Of a stretch of 64,000 nucleotides of DNA, positions 18,390-27,568 are shown piece by piece (within the stretch, counting starts at the first letter, position 1; each line of letters begins with the position of its first letter). A model generated the notes under the pieces. That model did not search any database and was not told the origin of the DNA. It was given only the letters and a program-made list of their open reading frames with translations. The position numbers and the translations under genes were made by a program. The stretch is taken from positions 276,061 to 340,060 of the forward strand of contig NZ_JAJOZS010000003.1 of the NCBI RefSeq assembly GCF_021168555.1, written 5' to 3'. Origin of the DNA: Stenotrophomonas sp. MMGLT7. Lineage in GTDB: Bacteria > Pseudomonadota > Gammaproteobacteria > Xanthomonadales > Xanthomonadaceae.

Positions 18390-21134
18390 TCAGTTGTAGA
18401 TGATGTGGAAGTAGAAGAAACGGCCGTAGTCGTCGATCTCGGTGCGGAACCTGCCGTTCGGCCCGGTGCTGTAGGTGGGCTGCTTGTTGAACAGGTTCTT
18501 CGCCTCGTACTTGAGCGTGACGTGCTTGGCGATCCTGTGGCTGAAAGCCAGGTTGAAGGTCATGTACGGGTCGTAGTACGAGTCGAGCCACTGCGTGTCG
18601 CCGAAGTCGACCAGCATCCTGCTGCGGTAGTTGCCCGACAGGCGCAGCTGCGCCTTCTGCCAGGGCATGCGCCAGATCAGCGAGCCGTTGAGCGACCAGT
18701 CCGGCTGGTAGAGCAGGCGGTCGAGCTCGCGGGTGCTGCCGTCGCCGATCAGGTAGTTGGTCCGGCCATCCAGGCGCGTGGCGTTGAAGAACATGTCCAA
18801 GCGCTGCCGGCCCCACTGCAGGTTGCGGTTGGAGACGGCCAGTTCGATGCCGCGCAGCCTGGACTTCTCGGCATTCATCGGCTGGGTCACCCTGTAGGTG
18901 ACGTCGTCGAGGTCGGCGTAGGTGGTCAGGGTGTAGATGTCGTCCTTGATCTGCTTGTCGAACAGCGCCACCGACACCATGGCGTTGTTGCCGTTGAAGT
19001 ACATGTCCCAGGCCAGGTCGAGGTTGGTCGACTTGCGCGGCTGCAGGTCCGGGTTGCCCTGCCTGATCGTGCAGTAGCCGAAACCGTCGTCGTCCTCGCC
19101 GCAGCTGGTGCTGGCTGCCTGGGCGATGTTGCTCGGCGTCGGCCGGCCGAGCGTGCGGCTGGCCGAGAAGCGCAGGCGCTGGTTGTCGCTGAGCTTGAAC
19201 AGGGCGTTCAACGACGGCAGGAAGTTGCTGTAGCCGCCGCTGGTCCTGCGGAAATCGGCCGTGTACGTGCTGCCGCCATCGCCGCTGTACGGGCTGAACG
19301 CATCGAACGTGGCGTGGTCGTAGCGCACGCCGCCGACCAGCAGCAGCCGCTCCCAGGCGTACTGGGCCGAGAAGTAGGCGTCGGTGATGTCCTCCACGTA
19401 CTTGTAGTCGCTGGTGTAGTCGGCATTGGGATAGGCGGCGTCGTTGTCCTGCAGCGTCGGCACCAGCTCGGACGTGAGCTTGGCGTTGTCGATCAACGGG
19501 AATCCGGAGAGGATCCCGAGCCTGGTCGAACCCGGGTAGAGGTAGTCGTTGACCGGCGCGCTGGTCTTGAAGTAGTCGAAATCGATGTCCTGCCAGATGT
19601 TCAGGTGCCGGTACTCGGCACCGGTGGCGAAACCGAAGCCTTCCGCGTCCGCGCCGACGTTGTAGCTGAAGTCGAGCCGCAGGTCGTCGATCTTCTCCTT
19701 GGCATCGCGCGCCGACACGTAGGCCTGCGCGGGATTGAGGTTGTAAGTGGATCCCTGCAGCAGGCTCGCGTCGGAAATGCCCACCGCGTTGGGGAAGCCG
19801 TGGCGGTCGTTGGCGTAGTCGGCGTACAGGTTGCTCGGGTAGGCGCGCACGCCCCAGTAGACCTGGGTGTTGTCGAAGGTCTCCTCGGTATGGCCGGCGC
19901 GGAACACCAGCTTCGCCAGCTCGCCCACGTCCCAGGTGAAGTTGGCGATCGCGCCGTAGTTACTGCGATCCCAGCGGTCGTGGCGGTTCTTGACGTAGAT
20001 GCTGTTGATCTGCGTGGTGCCGCTGTCCCCGGTCTGGTCCTGGATGTCGAACCTGGCGTTGCCGTACAGGTCGGTCTTGTTCATCGTCGAGTTTTCGTAG
20101 AACCGGTACGAGTACATCAGCAACGAGGCGTAGAACGGATCGTTCGCCGGCTTCCATTCCAGCTTCACCGAGCCGCCGAAGTTGGTGATGTAGTTGGTGT
20201 AGGTGCCGGTGCTGTGGTTGCCGGGCGCGCGCAGGCCGTTCCAGTCGGCGTAATCGGTCGGCGCCGGGTTGCCGGAGGTCAGGTAGTTGCCATCGTCGTC
20301 GTGGTAGTAGTTCGATTCCACCCAGCGCTTGACGCTGTTGCGCGAGCGCTGCTGGTAGCGCCCGACCGCGACCACGCCGAACTCCTTGTCCGCGCCGAAC
20401 TGGTCGGAGAACATCACCTTGGCGCTCTTGCCCCAGTGCCCCAGGGTCTTGTGGTCGCCGCCGGCACTCCGGGCGACATCGGTCTCGGCCGTGGAGTAGA
20501 TGCCTGCGGCGTCGGCGAAGACGTACCTGCCGCTGCGGTCGAACGCGCTGCGGCTGATGATGTCGATGACGCCGCCGATGGCATCGGGCGCCTGCTCGGC
20601 ACTGAAGGACTTGTAGATGTCGGTACGGGTGCCGATGTCGCTGGGGATCAGCTGCAGGTTGTTCATGCGCTCGCCGGAGCCGCTGCCGCCGACGCTGGCG
20701 ATCGCGATGCCGTCGATCGTGGTGTAGTTGAGGTTCGGCTGCACGCCGCGGATGGTGACGTAGCGTGGTTCGCCGGCGTCCTCCACCGCGCTGATGCCGG
20801 GTGCCGACATCAGGATCTCGGCCAGCGTCTCGTCGCCGTAGCTGTCCATTTCATCGTAGATCACCGAGTCCCTGACCACGACCGACTGCTTTTTCTGGTC
20901 GATGACCTCGTGCGGCGCGATCACCTTGACCGTATCCAGGGTATTGGCGCTGCCGGCCGGCGGCTCTCCGCCGTCTTCCTGCGCGGCGGCCGGCGCTCCG
21001 GCGGATCCGCCCGGGTGTTCCAGGGCAAGGGCGGCGACCGGGGCCGAGAGGCCCATGGAGAAAAGCGAAACCGACAGTGCCCGGCGGACGGCCGGACAGG
21101 GGATGCAGCGGGAAGGATCGATCATTGCCACCAC
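18390..21134 (-). CDS. TonB-dependent outer-membrane receptor (operonic with phoD, 12-bp gap)
   Basis: ~910 aa; signal peptide, plug domain (DTVKVIAPHE…TIRGVQPNLNYTTIDGI), long beta-barrel ending in aromatic-rich C-terminus. True start likely ATG at 21125 (MIDPS…). Confidence 0.85.
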   Translation of the reverse strand: MVAMIDPSRCIPCPAVRRALSVSLFSMGLSAPVAALALEHPGGSAGAPAAAQEDGGEPPAGSANTLDTVKVIAPHEVIDQKKQSVVVRDSVIYDEMDSYGDETLAEILMSAPGISAVEDAGEPRYVTIRGVQPNLNYTTIDGIAIASVGGSGSGERMNNLQLIPSDIGTRTDIYKSFSAEQAPDAIGGVIDIISRSAFDRSGRYVFADAAGIYSTAETDVARSAGGDHKTLGHWGKSAKVMFSDQFGADKEFGVVAVGRYQQRSRNSVKRWVESNYYHDDDGNYLTSGNPAPTDYADWNGLRAPGNHSTGTYTNYITNFGGSVKLEWKPANDPFYASLLMYSYRFYENSTMNKTDLYGNARFDIQDQTGDSGTTQINSIYVKNRHDRWDRSNYGAIANFTWDVGELAKLVFRAGHTEETFDNTQVYWGVRAYPSNLYADYANDRHGFPNAVGISDASLLQGSTYNLNPAQAYVSARDAKEKIDDLRLDFSYNVGADAEGFGFATGAEYRHLNIWQDIDFDYFKTSAPVNDYLYPGSTRLGILSGFPLIDNAKLTSELVPTLQDNDAAYPNADYTSDYKYVEDITDAYFSAQYAWERLLLVGGVRYDHATFDAFSPYSGDGGSTYTADFRRTSGGYSNFLPSLNALFKLSDNQRLRFSASRTLGRPTPSNIAQAASTSCGEDDDGFGYCTIRQGNPDLQPRKSTNLDLAWDMYFNGNNAMVSVALFDKQIKDDIYTLTTYADLDDVTYRVTQPMNAEKSRLRGIELAVSNRNLQWGRQRLDMFFNATRLDGRTNYLIGDGSTRELDRLLYQPDWSLNGSLIWRMPWQKAQLRLSGNYRSRMLVDFGDTQWLDSYYDPYMTFNLAFSHRIAKHVTLKYEAKNLFNKQPTYSTGPNGRFRTEIDDYGRFFYFHIIYN

Positions 21135-21256
21135 CCGGGAGGACAGCGCGCCATGATGGAAACGGTTTATTACCCGACCGTGACCAGATCCGGTGCGAGC
21201 GTCTGCAGGCCCGGCGGACCGCTACAATCGTGGCTTCCCGGCAGCCCACGCCTCCC

Positions 21257-22021
21257 ATGACCGGATCACGCGCCCCCCTCGCCGATCGCCGCATCCTCGT
21301 CGCCGGTGCCAGCCGCGGCATCGGCTACGCCATGGCGCAGGCCTTCGTCCGCGCCGGCGCCCGGGTATCGATCTGCTCGCGCGGCACCGCCCCGCTCGAA
21401 CTGGCCGCTGAGGCGCTGTCCGCACACGGGCAGCGCGTCCACCACATGGCCTGCGACGTGTCCGATCCGGCGCAGATCGAGGCCTACGTCGAGGCCGCCG
21501 CCAACGCCCTCGGCGGCCTCGACGTGGTGGTCAACAACGCCTCCGGCTATGGCAACGGCAACGACGACGCCAGCTGGCGCGCCGGCTTCGAGGTGGACCT
21601 GATGGCCGCGGTACGCTGCAACCGCGCCGCGCTGGCGCACCTGCGCCGCGGCACCGATCCGGCGATCATCAACATCAGCTCTATCAACGGCTCGCGCCCC
21701 ACCCCGCGCGCGGCGGCCTATTCCACCGCCAAGGCGGCGCTGAACTACTACACGGTGACCCTGGCCGCCGAGCTGGCGCGCGAGCGCATCCGCGTCAACG
21801 CCATCGCGCCCGGCTCGATCGAGTTCCCGGGCGGACTGTGGGAGCGCCGCCGCGAGCAGGAGCCGGCGCTGTACGCCAGCATCCGCGACAGCATCCCGTT
21901 CGGCTGCTTCGGCACGGTGGAGGACGTCGCCCACGCCGCGCTGTTCCTGGCCTCGCCGCAGGCGCGCTGGATCACCGGGCAGGTGCTGGCGGTGGACGGC
22001 GGCCAGTCGCTGGGCGCCTGA
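21257..22021 (+). CDS. SDR-family oxidoreductase
   Basis: Start at MTGSRAP (21257) inside 314-aa ORF; GASRGIGYAMA Rossmann motif, NISS, YSTAKAAL catalytic YxxxK. Confidence 0.8.
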   Translation: MTGSRAPLADRRILVAGASRGIGYAMAQAFVRAGARVSICSRGTAPLELAAEALSAHGQRVHHMACDVSDPAQIEAYVEAAANALGGLDVVVNNASGYGNGNDDASWRAGFEVDLMAAVRCNRAALAHLRRGTDPAIINISSINGSRPTPRAAAYSTAKAALNYYTVTLAAELARERIRVNAIAPGSIEFPGGLWERRREQEPALYASIRDSIPFGCFGTVEDVAHAALFLASPQARWITGQVLAVDGGQSLGA

Positions 22022-22024
22022 GCC

Positions 22025-22664
22025 TCAATCGGCCAATTGCGCCGAATCGACCACGTGCACGCCCGGGCGTGGCGCCAGCGCCGCCTCGACCAGCGCGGCG
22101 GCGATGTTCTGCGCCGGATCGATGCGCCAGCGGCGTGGCAGCAGCGGCCGCAATGCGCCCATCACCTGCAGCGCCAGGTGCTCGCCGGCACGGCGCTGCG
22201 CGCGCTCTCCGCCGATCAGGCCCGGGCGCACCAGCGTCAGCGACGGGTATCCCAGCGCCTGCAGGTCGCGCTCCAGCTCGCCCTTGACCCGGCTGTAGAA
22301 GATGCGCGATCGCGCATGCGCGCCCATCGCCGAGTTCAGCGCGAACGCCTCGGCACCGTGGCTGCGTGCGCGGGCGGCGATCTGCAGCGGGTAGTCGTGG
22401 TCGATGCGGCGGAAGGCCTCGCGCGATCCGGCCTGGCGCATCGTGCTGCCGAGCGCGCACACCACCGCATCGACCTGCCACGGCGCGGCCGCCTCGGGCA
22501 GGTGCTCGAAGTCGGCCACGACATTGCGCACGCGGGCGTCGCTGCCCGGCAACGGCCGCCGCGTCAGCGCCACCACCTGGCCGCAGCGCGGATCGGCCCG
22601 CAGCCGTTCCAGCACGTGGCCGCCGACCAGCCCGGTCGCGCCCACCAGCAGGACCTTCTTCATC
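22025..22664 (-). CDS. NAD(P)-binding (atypical SDR/NmrA-like) protein
   Basis: MKKVLLVGATGLVGGHVLERL… Rossmann N-terminus; ~212 aa from internal ATG of 679-aa shadow-extended ORF. Confidence 0.7.
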
Positions 22665-22713
22665 GCGATCTCCCGAGGCGGCAAGGCCCCAGCATAGACC
22701 GGCCGGCCCGGCC

Positions 22714-24603
22714 TCAGAAACTGGCGCCGACCGCCAGCACCAGGTTGTCGTGGTCGGCAAGCGGGTCGTACTTGTTGTCGCCCAGGTAGTGCGTGTACGC
22801 GGCGCTGGCGAAATAGTTGCCGGCGAACTTGGCCGCCACGCCGGCCACCAGCGTGCGGCGGCCGTCCACCAGCGCCGAGTCGACCGAGTAGCCGGACACG
22901 TCCTGGCCCCAGGTCAGGCTGGGCGACAGGGTGGCGCTGCCGAGCGCGTAGTCGAGCTGGCCGCGGATGCGGTAGCCCCAGGCCATGCGGGTGAAGAAGC
23001 CGTCGTTGACGCAGCCGTCCGGGTTCTGCACCGCGCCGCAGCTGCCGTCGAAGCCGACCGGCGAATAGCCCCAGTGGAAGCCGCGGCCATAGCGCGCCAC
23101 CGACATCGGCGGCAGGTTGACGTGCTGGTACGCCGCCTCGGCCGCCAGCGTGCCGCCGCGCGCGCCCAGCAGCGGCCCCAGCGCGCGGCTGGCGCCGAGC
23201 TGCAGCTGCATCTTCTGGAAGCGGTCGTAGCCGCGCAGCAGGAAGCCTTCCGGCTGGCCGGCGGTGCGGTCGCCGACCGGCCCGCCGTTGCGGGTGAGCG
23301 CGGCGAACATGTCGGCGGTGTTGAGCTGCACCGGCAGGTCGTCGCTGTAGCTCAGCTCGCCGCTGAAGCGCCACTGCCGCCACTTCGTCGCCGCCGAGAA
23401 CCCCATCAGGTGGATGCCGTCGGGGTATTCCCAGGACTCGGTGATGGTGGACAGCGTCTGCGACAGCTGCGCCTGCGCCAGCGGCACGCCGCCGGCGACC
23501 AGCTGCGCCACCAGGTCCGGCTGCAGCAGCGCGCTGTCCGGCGTGCTGGCGTTGAGGATCGGCGTGCGCGCGTTGTAGCGCATCCAGTACACGCCCAGGT
23601 CGGTGTTCCATTGCGGCACGGCGTAGCGCAGCGCGAAGCCGAACTGGCCGCCATCCTTGCCGTCGATGTCGGTGCCACGCGGCAGCACCGCGCCGGCGGC
23701 GTTCATGTAGCCGTCGCTGAGCCACTGCCCGGCGCCGGCGGAACTGGAGTTGAGCGGGTAGTAGGCATTGGACTGCAGGCCCGAGCAGCCCGGGTCGATG
23801 CCGATGTCGGTGCCGGAGAAGAACGTGCCGCACGGGTCCAGCTCGCTGGCGCGCCACTTCCACTGCCAGAAGCCCTCGATGCTGATGCCGTTGTCGAAGG
23901 CCAGCCGGCTCCACACCATCTCCACCGGCACCTGTACCTCGCTGGCGGCATCGGTGCCGGGCCGGCGCAGGGTGGTGACGTCGCTCGGGTTGACCTGGTT
24001 GAGGCCGCTGAAGAACAGCCCCTCGCCCCACTTCACCCGCTGCTTGCCGACGCGCGTGTCCCACTGCGCGTGGTCGCCCAGCTTCCAGCCGCCGTAGACG
24101 TAGGCATCGCGCAGCAGCACGCCGGAAAAGCGGTTCGAGCGCGAGAAGCCGCGGTCGCTGAGCGGGGTGTCGGCGGCGAAGCCGTTGCCGACGTTGCCCT
24201 GCGGCACGTCGTGGTCCTCCAGCACGGTGTCGTACCAGGCGCGGCCGCTGAGCGCGATGCCGACGTTGCGGTACTTCACGTCCACGCCGCTGGTGATCTT
24301 GAACAGGCCCGAGTACAGGTCGCCGGCGCCGTAGTTGAGGTTGCCGTCGTCGGAGGTGTCGCTGCCAAGCCCGGCCTGCGCGCCGCCCTTGGGCGCGCCG
24401 TCGGAGCGGAAGCCCTTGCCTACCAGTTCGCGCGCAGCACCCTCGGTGCGGATGCCCGCGCCGGCCACCACCCGGGTGTTCCAGGTCACCTTGCCCTCGC
24501 CCTCGGCGAAGTCGAACTCGGCCGCCGCCAGCGGTGCCGTGCAGGCCAACAGGAGCAGCGGGGCGGACAGGGACAGGGCGCGGCGGCTCGGCGGAATCGA
24601 CAT
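22714..24603 (-). CDS. secreted/outer-membrane beta-barrel-like protein, DUF1302-like
   Basis: 629 aa, signal peptide (RRALSLSAPLLLLACTAPLAAA), Gly/Tyr/Trp-rich, C-terminal …VLAVGASF (terminal Phe). Family assignment from memory, moderate. Confidence 0.55.
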   Translation of the reverse strand: MSIPPSRRALSLSAPLLLLACTAPLAAAEFDFAEGEGKVTWNTRVVAGAGIRTEGAARELVGKGFRSDGAPKGGAQAGLGSDTSDDGNLNYGAGDLYSGLFKITSGVDVKYRNVGIALSGRAWYDTVLEDHDVPQGNVGNGFAADTPLSDRGFSRSNRFSGVLLRDAYVYGGWKLGDHAQWDTRVGKQRVKWGEGLFFSGLNQVNPSDVTTLRRPGTDAASEVQVPVEMVWSRLAFDNGISIEGFWQWKWRASELDPCGTFFSGTDIGIDPGCSGLQSNAYYPLNSSSAGAGQWLSDGYMNAAGAVLPRGTDIDGKDGGQFGFALRYAVPQWNTDLGVYWMRYNARTPILNASTPDSALLQPDLVAQLVAGGVPLAQAQLSQTLSTITESWEYPDGIHLMGFSAATKWRQWRFSGELSYSDDLPVQLNTADMFAALTRNGGPVGDRTAGQPEGFLLRGYDRFQKMQLQLGASRALGPLLGARGGTLAAEAAYQHVNLPPMSVARYGRGFHWGYSPVGFDGSCGAVQNPDGCVNDGFFTRMAWGYRIRGQLDYALGSATLSPSLTWGQDVSGYSVDSALVDGRRTLVAGVAAKFAGNYFASAAYTHYLGDNKYDPLADHDNLVLAVGASF

Positions 24604-25087
24604 CGGCGGCGGTTCATCCGGTAGGGCTGGGCGTTATACCACCGCAACTTCCTTGCCGCTGCAACGAATGCGGCCACCGCGGTCCCGGCGGCGAGGCTCT
24701 CGAACATCGACGGCGTGGACGCTGACGGCGCAGCGCATCCGCCATGCCGTCCCGTCATTCGGGTACCCGGAACCATGCCCTTCAACGACTTCGCCGAAGG
24801 TTCCAGGTCGCGGCGCCCCCCTGAGCAGCCGCACAGGGCGGGCCTTGGCACGCCACCATTGATTCGGCCTGCGGCGGGCCTTGGCCCGCCCTGTGCCTGA
24901 GCGATGACGATCCCGCCGGACCCGCGCTTCCTGCTTGCTCGTTCCCCGATGACCCATCCCGTCTCTCGTGGAGGGCGCGCGGCTCGCAAGGCCGACTGTC
25001 CAGAGAGATGCCTCATCGGCGAAGCAGGAAAATCGACAGGCAACGGCAAGACCACGAACAACGCAAAGACCTTGAACGGCCCTGCCT

Positions 25088-27262
25088 TCAGAACCGGTAG
25101 GTGAAGGTCAGCGAGCCGTTGCGCGGCTCGCCCCAGGCGCCATAGCTGGAGATCTGCGAGTAGTACTTCTTGTCCAGCAGGTTGTTGAGGTTGACCTGCA
25201 CGGAGAACTGCTCGGACAGGTGGTAGCGGGCGAACGCACCGACCAGCGCATAGGCCTTCTGCTCGAACCGGCCATGAGTCTCGTCCACGTCGTAGATGCG
25301 GTTCTGCCAGTTCACGCCGCCGCCGAAGGTCAGCTCGGCGAGGCTGCGCGGGGTGTAGCTGGTGTAGAGCTTGACCGTGGTCTGCGGCAGCTTGCTGTTG
25401 ATGTCCGAACCGCCGGCATCCTTGGCCACGTAGCGCGATGCGCCGAAGGTGGCGTTCCAGCCCGGCGCCAGCTCGCCGTTCAGTTCGAACTCGAAGCCGC
25501 GGCTGACGGTGCCGCGCGCCGCCACGTAGGCGAACTCATCGGTCCCGGGGATCCTGTCGGTGGTGACCTGGGCCACGTTGTCCTGCTCGATGCGGAACAC
25601 GGACAGCGAGGCGTTCAGGCGATCGTCGAACCAGGCTGCCTTGACCCCGACCTCGTAGCTCTTGCCGGTCACCGGGTCCAGGTAGGAGCCGTTGATGTCG
25701 CGCGCGGTCTGCGGCTGGAAGATGTCGGTGTAGCTGGCATAGGCCGACCAGGTGTCGTCGAAGTCGTAGACCAGGCCGGCATACGGCGTGGTGACCTTGT
25801 GCTGGCGGTCGGCGTCTTCGCCCTCGCTCTTCCAGTCGGTGTAGCGCGCGCCGGCGATCAGCTTCAGCGGGTCGGCCAGCGACAGGCGCACGGCGGCATA
25901 GGCGGCCTTCTGGGTGACGGTGCCGCGGCCGTACTCGGCCAGCGGCTCCCAGTCGGGCTCTGCATACTCGCTCCCGGTCCAGCCCAGGTAGGTCGGCAAG
26001 GTGTAGTACCCCGTGCCGTCTTCATTGGCAGGAAAACTGTAGGTGCCGGTGTTGATGTACCTGCGGCGGTTGTAGCTGACGCCGGCCATCAACTCGTGCT
26101 CGCGCCCGAACAACCGGAACGGGCCATCGGCGTAGCCGTCCAGGCCATCGACCTTGCGCTGGGTGACGTAGTAGCCGGAGTACGGCACCACCCCGGCGCC
26201 GGTGTCCTTGTCGAAGCCGTAGATCGTGTAGTACGGGTAGAACAGCTTGTCGGTGACGTCGGTCTGGTCGTGCGTGGCGTTGGCCTTGACCTTCCAGCCA
26301 CCGGCGAAGTCGTGCTGCACGGTGGCGAAGGCGCGCTTGGTGGTGGTGTCCCAGAAGGTCCAGTCGGAGGCCGGATTGAACGACCTGGAGTAACGGGTGC
26401 GGCTGCCGTCGGAGTACCACAGCGGGAAGCCGCCCCAGGTGACGTCGTCGGACTGCTTCTTCTGGTAGTCGTAGCCCACGCTCAGCTGCGTGTTCTCGCC
26501 CAGGTCGGCATCGATCACCGCGTAGCCCAGGGTCTTCTGCTGGCTGTAGCGGTCCACGTACGAGTCGGTGTCCAGGTAGCTGCCGATCACGCGGGCGCGC
26601 ACGCTGCCGCTGGCGTTGAGCGGGGTGGTGACGTCGACCGTGGAGCGGGTCCGGCCCCAGCTGCCGGCGGTGACCGAGACGGTGCCGGTCAGCTCGTGGC
26701 TGTCGGCGTGCTTGCGGATCAGGTTGACCGAGGCCGACGGGTTGCCGGCGCCGGTCAGCAGGCCGGTGGCGCCGCGCACCACCTCGACGCGGTCGTACAG
26801 CGCCAGGTCCAGCGCCGAGTCGCCGTAGCTCCAGTTCTGCACCATCGTGGTCGGGATGCCGTCGAACTGGTAGTTGTCGATGTAGAAGCCGCGCGCGTAG
26901 AACTCGAAGCGCTCGCTGTCGGAGCGGGTGTTGGACACACCGGTGGTGTTGCTCAGCACGTCGATGATGTCGTCCAGGCCCTGGTCCTCGATGCGCTGGT
27001 GGCTGATGATGCTCACCGACTGCGGGATCTCGCGCGCGGACAGGTTGAAGCGGGTGCCTGCCGTGGTCTTGCGCACGCTGTAGCCCTCGGCGCGCTCGCC
27101 CTTGACGTACAGCCGGTCGAGCGTGGCCACGTCGCCGGCGGCGGCGGCCTCCTGCGCATGGCCCGGCATGGCCATCGCGAGCAACGCGGCGAACAGCGCG
27201 CCCGGCAGGGCACCGCGGGGCGGGGCGGCGGGACGGGAAGACACATCGGCAAAACGGATCAT
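25088..27262 (-). CDS. TonB-dependent siderophore receptor (FhuA/FhuE-like)
   Basis: 724 aa from MIRFADV…; TonB box/plug (ATLDRLYVKGERAEGYSVRKTTAGTRF…SVSIISHQRIEDQG), C-terminal …NGSLTFTYRF. Confidence 0.85.
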   Translation of the reverse strand: MIRFADVSSRPAAPPRGALPGALFAALLAMAMPGHAQEAAAAGDVATLDRLYVKGERAEGYSVRKTTAGTRFNLSAREIPQSVSIISHQRIEDQGLDDIIDVLSNTTGVSNTRSDSERFEFYARGFYIDNYQFDGIPTTMVQNWSYGDSALDLALYDRVEVVRGATGLLTGAGNPSASVNLIRKHADSHELTGTVSVTAGSWGRTRSTVDVTTPLNASGSVRARVIGSYLDTDSYVDRYSQQKTLGYAVIDADLGENTQLSVGYDYQKKQSDDVTWGGFPLWYSDGSRTRYSRSFNPASDWTFWDTTTKRAFATVQHDFAGGWKVKANATHDQTDVTDKLFYPYYTIYGFDKDTGAGVVPYSGYYVTQRKVDGLDGYADGPFRLFGREHELMAGVSYNRRRYINTGTYSFPANEDGTGYYTLPTYLGWTGSEYAEPDWEPLAEYGRGTVTQKAAYAAVRLSLADPLKLIAGARYTDWKSEGEDADRQHKVTTPYAGLVYDFDDTWSAYASYTDIFQPQTARDINGSYLDPVTGKSYEVGVKAAWFDDRLNASLSVFRIEQDNVAQVTTDRIPGTDEFAYVAARGTVSRGFEFELNGELAPGWNATFGASRYVAKDAGGSDINSKLPQTTVKLYTSYTPRSLAELTFGGGVNWQNRIYDVDETHGRFEQKAYALVGAFARYHLSEQFSVQVNLNNLLDKKYYSQISSYGAWGEPRNGSLTFTYRF

Positions 27263-27448
27263 GGGGTGACTCCAGGACAGCGATGGCAGCGCCGGGCGCC
27301 TGGCCGGCGACGGCAGCGGGAAAGAGGCAGGGATGGCTCGGCGGGCATGGGGCGCGGCTTGCAAACGACGCTCCCGGCTGGCGGTCATGACGACCCGGCC
27401 GGGTGCGCCCGGCCCCGCGAGGGAGAAGGACGGCGCCTGGCACGGCGC

Positions 27449-27470
27449 GCATTGTAAATGATTCGCATTG
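27449..27470. promoter_or_regulatory. Fur-box-like imperfect palindrome in divergent promoter region
   Basis: cattgtaaatgattcgcattg; AATGAT core, 12/19 to GATAATGATAATCATTATC. Confidence 0.25.
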
Positions 27471-27568
27471 CCCCACAGCAGCGCCCGCCGCTCAAGCCGG
27501 CCACGGCCGCGCCGATAACCGGGCGTCGGCATTTGCCGGCGAACGCCGTCCGAGGACTGCCCCGCCCC

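Noticed and set aside
21135-21256. Pho box upstream of the TBDR-phoD operon
   Set aside because: Closest candidates (CTGGTCAC…, CTGTCC) deviate too far from CTGTCAT-N4-CTGTCAY to call.
22366-24624. 752-aa + ORF, 679-aa and 629-aa overlapping calls across 22025-24624
   Set aside because: Only the minus-strand frames with signal peptide/Rossmann motifs look like proteins; the rest are GC-shadow ORFs.
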